Source: an uncultured Thermoleophilia bacterium
Lineage (GTDB): Bacteria; Actinomycetota; Thermoleophilia; UBA2241
DNA length: 64,000 nucleotides
Assembly: GCA_963715985.1 (NCBI GenBank)
Contig: CAVQSP010000020.1
Span: 1-64,000 of the forward strand
Direction: 5' to 3'
Positions within the stretch are counted from its first letter, which is position 1. Every line of letters begins with the position of its first letter. This document shows, one piece after another, positions 12,220-23,030 of this stretch. The notes beneath the pieces are model-generated. The model was not told the DNA's origin and did no database searches. It saw only the letters and a program-made list of their open reading frames with translations. The position numbers and the translations under genes were made by a program.

Positions 12220-13045
12220 GCACGCTCAGCCGCTTCGCGTGCTTGTGCTGTGTGGCCGCAGCGCCCGGCACTTGTACGTGGCCAACGCCCTGTGCACGGC
12301 CGGCGAGGTGCTGGCCATCGTGCAGGAATCAGGTTCCGAGTTCTCTTGGAAGAAGCTGGCCCGCACACTGCGCCCCGACAACTTCTTCCGCAAGGCCTGG
12401 CGCTGGCTGCGCGACCGACGCCGCTATACCGGCAACCCCGAGGCGAGATTCTTCTTCGGTGATCGTTCGCCGCGGCTCGACCGCCCCGATCTGGTCCGGG
12501 AGGTGCCCCACATCAACCACCCGGATGTCGTCGCGCTGGCGCGTGAGCTCCGCCCCGACATCGTTGCGGTCTTCGGCACCTCGCTGCTGCGGGGCGAACT
12601 GCTGAAGCAGGGGCGGCTGGGCATCGTCAACCTGCATGGCGGGCTGTCGCCGGAGTACCGTGGTGCCGATTGCACCTTCTGGGCGCTCTACAACGGCGAA
12701 CCCCAGAAGGTGGGCTGCACGCTGCACTGGATCGACGCCGGCATCGACACCGGCGGTCTCGTCGCCCATGTCTGCCCCAAGGTGCTGCCCGACGACGATG
12801 AGTTGAAGCTCTTCTGGCGTGCTGTGCAAACCAGCGCCGGCGTCTACGCAGAACTGCTGCAGCGTCTGGCCGCCGGCGAGCGCTTCGGGCAGACGCAGCC
12901 GCACAAGGGGCGGCTGTACCAGGTCAAGCAGCGCGGCCTGAGCCAGGAGCGAGTCGTCAGCCGCCGGCTGCAGCAAGGCTTGCTGAAGGGTCTGGATCTC
13001 GGTGTGCGGGTCACCTGGTTCGCAGTCGATGCCGCGGCGCGTTGA
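12212..13045 (+). CDS. Formyltransferase (Fmt/PurN N-terminal domain)
   Basis: NLHGGLSPEYRG and IDAGIDTG motifs; start overlaps the upstream stop. Confidence 0.85.
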   Translation: MAEHAQPLRVLVLCGRSARHLYVANALCTAGEVLAIVQESGSEFSWKKLARTLRPDNFFRKAWRWLRDRRRYTGNPEARFFFGDRSPRLDRPDLVREVPHINHPDVVALARELRPDIVAVFGTSLLRGELLKQGRLGIVNLHGGLSPEYRGADCTFWALYNGEPQKVGCTLHWIDAGIDTGGLVAHVCPKVLPDDDELKLFWRAVQTSAGVYAELLQRLAAGERFGQTQPHKGRLYQVKQRGLSQERVVSRRLQQGLLKGLDLGVRVTWFAVDAAAR

Positions 13046-13076
13046 CTCGATGGGCCACGAGCAACACTGAGCGACG

Positions 13077-14135
13077 ATGTCAATCCGCAATGAGGGCCGC
13101 CGGAACATTCCACTTTGGGTGAAAACCCCAGGTCGCGGCCTGCTGGTTGCTCTGGTTCTGCTTTGTGTTTTCGAGGCTTGGTTGCACACCGACAGTTTCC
13201 TGTTGAGGTTCAGGTCTGTATTCGCTGCTGGGCGTGCGATGGACAAGGTGGTCTTTGCAGAGCAGCAGTGGCCAAGCCTTCTCATTCTCGGCAACAGCCG
13301 CGCCGACAATGGCTTCGACCCGCGAACGGTGCTCGCCAACTTCGATCCTTCGCTGCCTCGCGGCGCCTTCAATCTCGGTCTTCCGGGTGCCGATATGCGG
13401 GTGCTCGCCGGGATCGTCGAACGGCTGGATCAAAAGGGTGCTTTCGGCAGCGAAGGCATCCGCCTTGTCGTCATTTCTCTCGACGAGAGCCTTCTGCAAC
13501 AGATCGATACCTTGGGCCAGGACGTCTTCTTCGCTGGAGCACGGCGGCTCTGGAGCGAAGGGCATCACCACGACGCCTTCAGGGCGTCGCTGCGCATGTA
13601 CGGCTTCGCCGACAACTTCCGGCAGTTGCGCGAGCCTGCCGTGCTCGCGCGCCTCGTGCGTGCCATACGCGAAGACGTCCAGCCGATTGGAGGAAGTGCC
13701 GCCTCTCAGCTCGGATACCGCGCGGGCTTTGGCGGTCTTCAGGACGAAGGTGCGGCCCGACAGCAGGAGGCTGGGTCCTCGGCGCCACCGAGCGCGGCAA
13801 ATGTCCGTGCACTCTGGCGCACACTCGATCTGCTTGCAGTCCGGGGCGTGCAGGTGGTTGTTGTCTACCCTCCCTTGTTGAACCGCGAGGTTCTGTACCT
13901 CACGCCTGGGCGAACTGCGGCGGCGCCGTATGTGCAGATTGCGCTGGAACTGGAGCGTCGCGGCATTCCCCGATTTGCGCTCGACCAAGGTGCCCGGCCC
14001 AGCCCGGAGGAGTTTGTCAACGCGGGCCACCTGAACGATCGGGGCGCCCAGCGCTACAGCGCTCTGCTAGGGCGCGCGCTACGCCAGCTCGAACCCGGGG
14101 TTGCCGCCGGTCTCGTACCGATGGTGTCCAGGTGA
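13077..14135 (+). CDS. SGNH-like (DltD/DUF1574-like) membrane-anchored protein
   Basis: TM helix, GNSR block I, FNLGLPG, VNAGHLN...GA near C-terminus; adjacent to MBOAT. Confidence 0.65.
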   Translation: MSIRNEGRRNIPLWVKTPGRGLLVALVLLCVFEAWLHTDSFLLRFRSVFAAGRAMDKVVFAEQQWPSLLILGNSRADNGFDPRTVLANFDPSLPRGAFNLGLPGADMRVLAGIVERLDQKGAFGSEGIRLVVISLDESLLQQIDTLGQDVFFAGARRLWSEGHHHDAFRASLRMYGFADNFRQLREPAVLARLVRAIREDVQPIGGSAASQLGYRAGFGGLQDEGAARQQEAGSSAPPSAANVRALWRTLDLLAVRGVQVVVVYPPLLNREVLYLTPGRTAAAPYVQIALELERRGIPRFALDQGARPSPEEFVNAGHLNDRGAQRYSALLGRALRQLEPGVAAGLVPMVSR

Positions 14136-15575
14136 TCTTCAGCAGTTTCAGTTTCCTCGTTTTCCTGGCCGCTACGCTGGCGCTTTACGGTCTGGCGCGC
14201 GACCAGCGTGAGCGGGCCGGGCTGCTGCTGGCGGCGAGCCTTGTCTTCTATGCGTCCTGGCGACCGGCCTACCTCTTGCTGCTCATGGCGTCGTTAGCCA
14301 TCAACTACGCACTCTATCTGCGGTTGGTCGAGACACGCTCGAAGCCCATCCTCTTGACGGCGGTGACACTGAACCTTGTCTTCCTGGGGGCGGCCAAGTA
14401 CCTCGCTTTCGTCAGCGATTCGCTGTTCGCCCTTGCGGGGCTTGCGGGCCTGGCTGCGCCTGCCGACGCGCCGTCCTGGATGCACTGGGCTTTGCCGCTG
14501 GGTATCAGCTTCTATACGTTCCACATGCTCAGCGCGATGTTCGACGCCTACCGCGGTGTCTGGGCCAAGCACGTCAGCTTCGCGCGCTGGTGTCTGTATG
14601 TAACGTTTTTTCCCCACCTCATCGCCGGGCCGATCCTTCGGCCCGGCCAGCTGATCGATCAGCTGGGAGAACTCGCCCCCATCAGCGAGCGGAGAATTTC
14701 CGCCTCGGCGGCACGATTTTCGTGGCGGGCCTCATCAAGAAGGCCCTGCTTGCGGACAACCTGGCTCCGATCGCCGATGCCGCCTTCAACCATCCTGGCG
14801 GACTCGACTTCGTCAGCTCCTGGGTCGGTACTCTGTCATTTGCTTTCCAGATCTACTTCGACTTCTCAGGATACAGCGAGATGGCCATCGGCCTCGCCTG
14901 CCTGTTCGGCGTGGTTCTTCCGCGCAACTTCCTCTACCCCTACATCAGCCGCAACCCGACCGAGTTCTGGCGGCGCTGGCACATCACGCTGTCGCTGTGG
15001 CTGCGCGACTATCTTTACATTACGCTGGGGGGCAATCGGCTCGGCACCGTACGCACCTATGTCAATCTTGACGACGACGATGGTGCTTGGCGGGCTTTGG
15101 CACGGGGCCAACTGGACCTTCGTCGTATGGGGGGCACTGCACGGCGCCTACCTGATCGGCCACCGCCTGCTAAACGAGGGATTGCGCTGGATCGGTGTAT
15201 GCGAAGGCGGTCTTGTCGATCGAATGCTGTCCGCACTCGGCCTACCGGTGACCTTCGTCCTCGTGTTGATGCACCTGGGTCTTCTTTCGTGCGGGCAGCT
15301 TTGCCGACGCGTGGACGGTGCTGGTAGCGATGGCGGGGCAGGCCGAACCGGGAGACTCAGTCATCAACTACCGGCGTTTCGAGCTGTTGATCGTTGCCAT
15401 GGGCGGTGCACTCGCCGCTACGGAGCCTTGGCTGGTGAAAACGACTGAACGGATTGGTATCGACTGGTGGTGGCGTGTGCCGTTCTGGATTCGCGGCACC
15501 AGTTACGCGACCTTGGCGTTGATGATCCTCGCCTTCGGTGGCGCGACGCAGAAGTTCATTTATTTCGACTTCTGA
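14132..15575 (+). CDS. Second MBOAT O-acyltransferase, frameshifted
   Basis: LPLGISFYTF, DFSGYSEMAIG, EFWRRWHITLS, GLWHGANW; C-terminal FIYFDF. Confidence 0.92.
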
Positions 15576-15582
15576 GTCTGAC

Positions 15583-16695
15583 GTGGCTGAACTTTCGATT
15601 TTCGCGCTAGCGTTGTGGTCGGTTGCTGTCGGGACCGTTGCGTGGACCTATCGAAGGGAGATCCATCGCATCTGGCGCGAGCCCGTCTTACGGCACCCCG
15701 TGCTGGTGCTTGAGAGCGACGACTGGGGCGCGGGGCCGCTCGGCCAGGCTGCAGCCCTGAACGACATTGCTGACGTGCTGGCTCGGCACCGCGATGACAC
15801 CGGCCGCGCACCCGTGCTCAGCCTGGCGCTCGTTCTGGCGGTTCCCGACGGGCCGGCTATCGAAGCCGAGGGCCGCTACCGGCGCGTCGCTCTCGACGAC
15901 CCGCGCTTCGCCCCGATGCTGCAGGCCCTGCGCGACGGGTTGGCACGCGGCGTGTTCGCGCTCCAACTTCACGGCATGGAGCACTTACTGGCCGCCGACC
16001 CTGATGGCCAGCGACGATGCCGCGGTGGCGGCCTGGCTGCGCCAGCCGGTGCCGGCGACCACCGAGCGGCTGCCGTCGCATCTGCAAAGCCGGTGGGTCG
16101 ACGCCGGCAGGCTGCCTTCGTCACCGCACGCCGCGGCACCGATCCACGAGGCCGTCGACGAGGAGGTGCGCGCCTTCGAGCGCATCTTCGGCACACCGCC
16201 GCGCGTCGTCGTGCCGCCGACCTTCGTCTGGACGCGCGAGGTCGAGCGGGCCTGGGCAGCGCAGGGCCTCGAGTGCATCGTCACGCCGGGCTGGCGCTAT
16301 ACCTGCCGCAACGCCGATGGCCTGCCCGGGGGCGACGAGGGGCCCATCGCCAATGGCGACCGCTCCGGTGCCGTCACGTATCTGGCGCGCACCGACTATT
16401 TCGAGCCGGCGCGCGGCCGTGACGCAGAGCACGCGTTGCGCTGCCTTGGCGATGCGCGGGCCCAAGGGCGACCCTGTGTGCTGGAGAATCACAGGGACAA
16501 TTTCATCGGCGAAGCCGCAGCAGGCGCGGCGACAGCCTGGCCGAACTGGACAAGGTCTACCGTGAGGCACTGGCACGTCACGAGGATCTGCGTTTTGTCT
16601 CGTCACTGGAGTTGGGCCGGTTGCTGCGCGAACGCGATCCGCGCTGGTTGATCACGGGCTTTCGCGAGCGGCTGCCCTTCTTTGGTCGCGCCTGA
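15583..16695 (+). CDS. Putative polysaccharide deacetylase-like (NodB/CE4-type fold) protein, frameshifted; end approximate
   Basis: N-terminal TM, ESDDWG, QLHGMEH, F...FG.PP..VVPP.F, HRDNF. Confidence 0.5.
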
Positions 16696-16807
16696 TGCGC
16701 ACCGGCCGGCTGTGGAAGCTGATGCGGGCCACGGGCCTGGCGCCGTTGGGTCGTTTGCTCTGCCGATTCGCCAGCCGCCAGACCACCTGACACGACGAAT
16801 TCATACC

Positions 16808-17839
16808 ATGCTCATACGCGCACGTGCCCCCCTGCGACTCGGCCTCGGCGGCGGCGGGACCGACGTCTCGCCCTACTGCGACATGTACGGCGGGCTGGTC
16901 CTGAACGCGACCATCGACATGCACGCCTACACCGTGATCGAGCCCCGCGAAGCGCACGAAGGACTGGTGTTCGCGGCCACCGACAAGCAGCAGACCTGGT
17001 CGGGCGAAGCGGCCCCTGCGGTGCCGCTGGACGGCGAGCTCGACCTGCACAAGGGCGTCTACAACCGCATCGTGCGCGACTTCAACGGCGGCCGTCCGCT
17101 GCCGCTGCGCATGACCACGCACAGCGATGCACCGCCCGGCTCCGGCCTGGGCTCGTCGTCGACACTGGTGGTGTCGATGATCAAGGCCTTCGTCGAGTGG
17201 CTGAACCTGCCGCTGGGCGAATACGACATCGCCCGCCTGGCCTTCGAGGTCGAGCGCCACGACGTGGGGCTTTCCGGCGGGCGCCAGGACCAGTACGCGG
17301 CCACTTTCGGCGGTTTCAATTTCATGGAGTTCCATCCGCAGGAGCGCGTGGTGGTCAACCCGCTGCGCATCAAGAACTGGATCGTCTCGGAGCTCGAGGC
17401 GTCGCTGCTGCTGTATTTCGGTGGTGTGTCGCGCGACTCGGCGCGCATCATCGACGAGCAGACGAGCAACGTGAAAGCCAAGGACCACACCGCCATCGAC
17501 GCCATGCACTTGCTGAAGGACGAAGCCGTGGCGATGAAGGAGTGTCTGCTCAAGGGCGACTTCGACCGTCTGGTCGAGTCGATGGAAGCCGGCTGGCAGG
17601 CCAAGAAGCGCATGGCCAGCAGCATCTCCAACCCCACCATCGAGGCCAGCTACGAATTGGCCAAGAGCGCCGGCATGCGTGCCGGCAAGATTTCCGGCGC
17701 CGGCGGCGGTGGCTTCATGATGCTGCTGGTGGACCCGGTGCGCCGCATGGACGTCATCCGCGCCTTGTCCACCACCCAGGGGCGGATCTACAACTGCCAC
17801 TTCACCGAGATCGGGACGCAAGGATGGAAGATCTACTGA
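16808..17839 (+). CDS. hddA: D-glycero-alpha-D-manno-heptose-7-phosphate kinase (GHMP family)
   Basis: [39 protein letters not shown]. Confidence 0.92.
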   Translation: MLIRARAPLRLGLGGGGTDVSPYCDMYGGLVLNATIDMHAYTVIEPREAHEGLVFAATDKQQTWSGEAAPAVPLDGELDLHKGVYNRIVRDFNGGRPLPLRMTTHSDAPPGSGLGSSSTLVVSMIKAFVEWLNLPLGEYDIARLAFEVERHDVGLSGGRQDQYAATFGGFNFMEFHPQERVVVNPLRIKNWIVSELEASLLLYFGGVSRDSARIIDEQTSNVKAKDHTAIDAMHLLKDEAVAMKECLLKGDFDRLVESMEAGWQAKKRMASSISNPTIEASYELAKSAGMRAGKISGAGGGGFMMLLVDPVRRMDVIRALSTTQGRIYNCHFTEIGTQGWKIY

Positions 17840-18438
17840 ACGGCGGCATCGCGGGCCAGTTCCGCGACACGGCGCGCAACCTGCACGCGATGAGCGAGGA
17901 CGCCGGCCTGCACGCGGCGATCGCTGGCGTGGCTGGGGCCTGCATCTATGCGCTGCGACGCGGCAACAAGATCCTGTTCGCCGGTAACGGCGGCAGCGCT
18001 GCCGATGCCCAGCACTTGGCGGGTGAACTGGTGAGCCGCTTCAACTACGACCGCCCGGGCCTGGCCGCCTTTGCGCTGACCACCGACACCTCGGTGCTCA
18101 CCGCCATCGGCAACGACTACGGCTACGAACGCCTGTTCGCGCGCCAGGTGGAGGCGGTGGGTGTGGCCGGCGACGTGTTCATCGGCATCTCGACTTCCGG
18201 GCGCTCACCGAACATCCTGCAGGCGCTCGAAGTCGCCCGTGCGAAGGGGCTGGTGACGGTGGGCCTGACCGGGCGCGGTGGCGGGCGTTTGCCCGAACTG
18301 TGCGACCACTGCCTGCGCACCCCGTCGGACGAAACGCCGCGAATCCAGGAGGGCCACATCGCCATGGGCCACACGATCTGCTGGCTGATCGAGCGGGCGA
18401 TCTTCCCGCGCGACGCGGCGCCCGGCGCGGCAGCCTAG
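17824..18438 (+). CDS. gmhA: Sedoheptulose-7-phosphate isomerase
   Basis: [27 protein letters not shown]. Confidence 0.95.
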   Translation: MEDLLNGGIAGQFRDTARNLHAMSEDAGLHAAIAGVAGACIYALRRGNKILFAGNGGSAADAQHLAGELVSRFNYDRPGLAAFALTTDTSVLTAIGNDYGYERLFARQVEAVGVAGDVFIGISTSGRSPNILQALEVARAKGLVTVGLTGRGGGRLPELCDHCLRTPSDETPRIQEGHIAMGHTICWLIERAIFPRDAAPGAAA

Positions 18439-19144
18439 ATGCAGGCCATCGTGCTGGCCGGTGGCCTGGGCACCCGGCTGCGCAGCGTGGTCGCGGACCT
18501 GCCCAAGACGATGGCCCCGGTGGCGGGCCGGCCCTTCCTGGCGTGGATCCTGGACCGCCTGGCACGGGCCGGGTTCGAGCGCACGGTGCTGGCCGTGGGC
18601 TATCTTCACGAGGCCATCGAGCAGGAATTCGGTTCCCGATACCGTGGCATCGCGCTGCACTACTCGGTGGAGGACCAACCACTGGGCACCGGTGGCGCTC
18701 TTCGGCTGGCGGCGGACCATGTCGGCCACTGGCCGGTCTTCGTGCTCAACGGCGACACCTTTCTTGACCTGAACTACCGCGCGATGCTCGACGCACACGT
18801 GTAAGGGCAGCGAGCAGATGAGCCTGGCGGTGTGCCGGGTACCCGACGCCGGCCGCTACGGCGCGCTCGATCTGCAAGGCGGCCATGTTCGCGGTTTCCT
18901 CGAGAAGGGGTGCGCGGGGCCGGGCTTTATCAACGCCGGCACCTACCTGCTGTCGCAAGCCGTGCTGGACCGGATACCGCGTGGCGAGCCGTTCTCCTTC
19001 GAGCAGCAGCTGCTCGTTCCCGAAGTCGGCGCCATCCGCCCGGCCGCATTTGCCACCGACGGCCTGTTCATCGACATTGGTGTGCCCGAGGACTACGCGC
19101 GAGCGCAGCAGCTCTTCGCCCAGTCCGGTGCCACGGAACCATGA
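18439..19144 (+). CDS. hddC: Heptose-1-phosphate guanylyltransferase (nucleotidyltransferase), split near 18800
   Basis: [33 protein letters not shown] in two frames. Confidence 0.85.
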
Positions 19145-19713
19145 GCTCACCGCAGCCCCGAAAGGCGCTGTTCCTGGACCGCGATGGCGTCATCAACGTG
19201 GACAGGCACCACGTGCATCGCGTCGAGGACTTCGAGTTCCTGCCCGGGATCTTCGACCTGTGCGTTGCCGCCGCCGAGCGAGGCTACCTGATCGTGGTCG
19301 TCACCAACCAGGCGGGTATCGGCCGCGGCTACTACACCGAGGCTGAGTTCCAGCGCCTGACCGCATGGATGCTGGACGCCTTCCGTCAGCGCGGCATCGA
19401 GATCGCGCGTGTCTACCACTGCCCCTACCACCCGACCGCAGGCATCGGTGACTACCTGCGTGAGTCCTTCGACCGCAAGCCGAACCCCGGCATGCTGCTG
19501 AAGGCGCGCGACGAGCTAGGCCTGGACCTGGCCAACAGCGTGCTGATCGGCGACAAGGACTCGGACATCGAGGCGGGTCGGACGGCCGGTGTGGGACGCC
19601 TGGTCAGACTCGCCGCCGACGGGAAGGCTATCGAACCTCGGCCGAACCCGGATGTTGTCGTCGTCCATCGCCTGGAAGCCGCGGGCAATTGGCTCATCCG
19701 CCGATCCGGTTGA
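19141..19713 (+). CDS. gmhB: Heptose-1,7-bisphosphate phosphatase (HAD family)
   Basis: [37 protein letters not shown]. Confidence 0.93.
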   Translation: MSSPQPRKALFLDRDGVINVDRHHVHRVEDFEFLPGIFDLCVAAAERGYLIVVVTNQAGIGRGYYTEAEFQRLTAWMLDAFRQRGIEIARVYHCPYHPTAGIGDYLRESFDRKPNPGMLLKARDELGLDLANSVLIGDKDSDIEAGRTAGVGRLVRLAADGKAIEPRPNPDVVVVHRLEAAGNWLIRRSG

Positions 19714-19740
19714 CGGGGCACGTGTTGCCAATGCTCCGTA

Positions 19741-21258
19741 ATGAACGAGATCTCTGAACCAGACCTGGCCCGCAGGACCGCACTTATGCGGGGGCAGGCC
19801 TGGGCATACGCCGTCATCGGCCTTTCCGTGCTTCTCGCCTACGGCGGGGTCTGGACCCGCGGCATCCAGGGCGACGATCTGTGCATGTGCGAACTCGCCA
19901 ACACAAGGGGCTACTGGGAGGCCGTGCTGTTCTGGCTTCAGAAGTGGAACGGCAGGCTCTTCCTGGCGCTGACGCAGATCGGCAGTTACCACCTGCCCTG
20001 GTACTCGTCGCCGTTGCAGGCACCCTGGTTTGCCCTCCACGCAGCGGTGGTGCTCGCGCACATGGCCGTTTGTGCAATGCTCTTCATGTGGCTGTCGCGC
20101 GCCGGCATCAATGCCGCGATCGCATTGGCAGCCTCGCTGGTGATGGCCGTTCACCCGGTCACCTACGAATCCGTCGTCTGGCTGGCGGCGGCATACGGCT
20201 ACGTTTTCGGCACCTTGCTGACGATGCTCGCAGTGCAGGCCTACCTGGCGTTCGATCGAAGCGGCCGGGGTGTATGGCTGGTTCTCGCCGTCGTTCTGGC
20301 GCTGGCCGCCAGCCTGGGCATCGAACAGTACCTGGTCATGCTGGGAGCCCTCGCCCTCGTCCATCTGATTCGTTCACGATGGCACCCGCCGCGCGCTCGC
20401 GCGTGGATCCCGCTCGCCGTTGTCGTGGGCTGCGCTGCGGTCTTCGCGGTCATGCACTTCGGCCCGTTTGCAGGCACGGGCGGCCGGCTGGATCGGGTCG
20501 CGTCCATCGCACCCGCCGGCGGACCGGGCCCCCTCTGGAAGCTCGCGTGGTTCCTGAGCCTCGTGCCTGAGGCCTCGCCCTTTGGCGGCTTCTTTCACGT
20601 CGGGCTCGGAGTGCTGGATCGTCACGTCGCGTTGTGGGCACTCATCGCCGTGGTGGCCGTCGGCGCCGGGTGGCGCACTGCCGCAGCCTCGGCCTGGGGC
20701 GCCGACACCATGCCGTCTTCGCAACGCGGCCACCCGTGGCTGGTCTTCACCGGGCTGGTGGCATTTGCTGCCGCCTTGTTGCCGTTTGCAATCACGGGTG
20801 CCTACGGTTTCAGCATGCGCAACCTCTATCCGGCGCTGCCGGGCCTGCTGATCGCCGGCGCTGCCGTGGTGAACGTGATGTGCAAGTCGATCGCACTGCG
20901 CAGGACGCTGCGACTCCTGCTTCCGCCCGTCGTGACCGCTGGTGTTGCGATCAGCCTCGTGATGGACCTCGGGACCCAGGCTGTCCTGGCTCACAGTTGG
21001 TCGTTCCACCGTCAGCTGATCCTTCTGATCGAAGCAGACGCCACTGCGGTGCGCAATGCAGGTGCGCTTCTCGTGACCGGCATCCCGCCGCAACCGTACA
21101 AGGCGATCGCGCAGATCCACACCTCATGGGCGTTTCCCTGCCTGGTGCGCTGGGTCGTCGACGACGACCAGGTGAAAGCCTGGAATAACCTGATGGCAGG
21201 TCAGCATCGCCCCTCGGTGTCGAGGCCCCCCCATGAGATCGTCTGGCGGGAGTACTGA
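19741..21258 (+). CDS. Polytopic membrane protein, GtrC/GT-C-like glycosyltransferase
   Basis: GDD in first loop, W..WNGR, HP..ESV.W motifs; many TMs; upstream of gtrA/gtrB remnants. Confidence 0.55.
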   Translation: MNEISEPDLARRTALMRGQAWAYAVIGLSVLLAYGGVWTRGIQGDDLCMCELANTRGYWEAVLFWLQKWNGRLFLALTQIGSYHLPWYSSPLQAPWFALHAAVVLAHMAVCAMLFMWLSRAGINAAIALAASLVMAVHPVTYESVVWLAAAYGYVFGTLLTMLAVQAYLAFDRSGRGVWLVLAVVLALAASLGIEQYLVMLGALALVHLIRSRWHPPRARAWIPLAVVVGCAAVFAVMHFGPFAGTGGRLDRVASIAPAGGPGPLWKLAWFLSLVPEASPFGGFFHVGLGVLDRHVALWALIAVVAVGAGWRTAAASAWGADTMPSSQRGHPWLVFTGLVAFAAALLPFAITGAYGFSMRNLYPALPGLLIAGAAVVNVMCKSIALRRTLRLLLPPVVTAGVAISLVMDLGTQAVLAHSWSFHRQLILLIEADATAVRNAGALLVTGIPPQPYKAIAQIHTSWAFPCLVRWVVDDDQVKAWNNLMAGQHRPSVSRPPHEIVWREY

Positions 21259-21300
21259 AGTGACCGCGAGCCGTGGCGCTCCACCGGATCCACTCTAACC

Positions 21301-21457
21301 GTGATCGAGAGACTGTTCCGTTTTGGCGTGACGGGTGTGCTGGCGACGCTGGTGCACTTCCTTCCTGACGCTGATCCTGTTGGTGGAGATCGGTATCGTG
21401 TCACCGGTCTGGGCCACCGTTGCCGGCTTTGCCGTCGGTGCGCTGGTCAATTACGTG
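21301..21457 (+). pseudogene. gtrA: GtrA-family flippase 5' part, interrupted by an IS5 end
   Basis: RLFRFGVTGVLATLVHF...ATVAGFAVGALVNY, then an IS5 terminal repeat at 21458. Confidence 0.75.
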
Positions 21458-21821
21458 GTCGGCCATGCAAAATTCAGATCAAGCGACTCTGGCCGCGCGC
21501 AGGCGACCGATGGCGGAGAAGCCTGAATCGTTGTCAGCACTGAACTGTGCGCCAAATCGGTCCCAAGCGGCCGTAAGCGCCTTCAGGTGCAGTTTGAGAT
21601 TGCCAGCCGAGCCGTTTACGGCCTGCAAAATTCGAAGAAGGACCAGCTTGGGCCCGAGCCGGGCGATGGCCCGCAGCAGCCAGCGGATGTTGTAGCCCGC
21701 CGCGCAGCTCAGCGCATGCAGCGCATCGCCCACACCGCCCTGCAGCCAGCACCGGTCGATCCGGTGATCGGCCTTGGCGTGGCCGATCAGCGGCTCGATG
21801 GCTTGCCGGCGCTTGAGCAGG
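21458..21821 (-). mobile_element. IS5-family 3' remnant
   Basis: End GTCGGCCATGCAAAATTCA resembles the end at 35139; encodes LKRRQAIEPLIGH...GDALHALSCAAGYNIRWL like the 35155-36720 transposase. Confidence 0.85.
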
Positions 21822-22144
21822 GTAAGCGTTCCGCGAACGACAGCCTTGCGGCGCCGATCGCGGTGTGCTGAGGTCGACGCTACGCGACTGCGGCGACTTG
21901 CGCTGAGTCCGCCGCGGGGGCATGGCCGGGCGGGCGCCAGTTGTGCGGCAGCAGCTGCGCCAGGTCGCGCTGCTTGAGCGTGGGCAGCCGCTCGAACACG
22001 TCCTTCAGGTACGGCCCAGGGGTCGTGCCCGTTGAGCTTGGCTGACTCGATCAGGCTGAGCACCACCGCGGCGCGCTCGCCGGCTTGCTGCGATCCACGA
22101 AGAGCCAGTTCTTGCGCCCCACCGCGAGCGGACGCACCGCGTTC
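21822..22144 (-). mobile_element. IS66 right-end remnant (TnpC C-terminus), inverted relative to the intact copy
   Basis: Terminal GTAAGCGTTCCGCGAACGAC; highly similar in reverse to 24353-24674. Confidence 0.9.
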
Positions 22145-22231
22145 GTAAGCGTTCCGCCAACCCATCTTTCCCCGCTGCGATGAAGCTGCGAACCTCGTGT
22201 CTCGGCAATCGACGAACGAGACGAGGTGGGC

Positions 22232-22579
22232 ATGGATCTACAGCATGTGCGGCGATGCATGGAGCAGGTGGCGGCCTACCGCGCCTCTGGCCTGAAGGCC
22301 AAGGCCTGGGCCGAGGCCAACGGCGTGCCGCTGGGAACGCTGGGTAGCTGGTGTGCGCACTTCCGACGCTGGCAGGCCAAGCTTGACGGTGGTGCGCCCG
22401 CCAGTGTCGAGACCTCGACGACCCGACCGAGCGGCTTCGTGGCGGCCCGTGTGGCAACGCCGGCCAGTGCATCATCGGTGCGCATCGATCTGAACGCCGG
22501 CGCTTCCAGACTCGAACTGCACTGGCCGCTGGCCCATACGCGAGAACTCGCCGTCCTGCTGCGTGAACTCGGCCGATGA
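22232..22579 (+). CDS. tnpA: IS66 accessory protein TnpA
   Basis: SGLKAKAWAEANGV HTH-like region; first ORF of the element. Confidence 0.85.
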   Translation: MDLQHVRRCMEQVAAYRASGLKAKAWAEANGVPLGTLGSWCAHFRRWQAKLDGGAPASVETSTTRPSGFVAARVATPASASSVRIDLNAGASRLELHWPLAHTRELAVLLRELGR

Positions 22580-22917
22580 TCCGCATCGACACCATCTGGC
22601 TGGCCTTGGGTGCTAGCGACCTGCGCGGCGGCATCGACCGCCTGCTGGCGATGGTGGTGCACGGCTTTGAACTGGGCGCGCAACCCCACCACGCGTACGT
22701 GTTCGCCAACCGGCGCGCCGACCGGCTCAAGGTTCTCGTCTACGACGGAGCCGGCCTGTGGCTGTGCACCCGGCGCCTGCAGGCCGGCGGCTTTGCCTGG
22801 CCGCGCGAGGACTCGGGCCAGGCCCACCTCAGCCGCGAGCAGTTCGACTGGCTCGTCGCTGGCCTGCCGTGGCAGCGGCTGAGCGCACCACAACCGCAGG
22901 CCATCACGGCAGTTTGA
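22576..22917 (+). CDS. tnpB: IS66 accessory protein TnpB
   Basis: DLRGGIDRL, YVFANRRADRLKVL.YDG.G.WL. Confidence 0.93.
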   Translation: MIRIDTIWLALGASDLRGGIDRLLAMVVHGFELGAQPHHAYVFANRRADRLKVLVYDGAGLWLCTRRLQAGGFAWPREDSGQAHLSREQFDWLVAGLPWQRLSAPQPQAITAV

Positions 22918-23030
22918 GAGGACCGCGATGCGCCGGAGTCGACCCCGTTATCCGGGCCGAAGTTTGCGCATTTGTCCATTGGCGAATGTCCCGCTTCGCG
23001 CGCGCACGCGCGCGAGGGATACTGCCGTCC

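Noticed and set aside
13115-15448. 777-aa SGNH-MBOAT fusion ORF
   Set aside because: Its first part is an off-frame reading of 13077-14135; the MBOAT starts at GTG 14132
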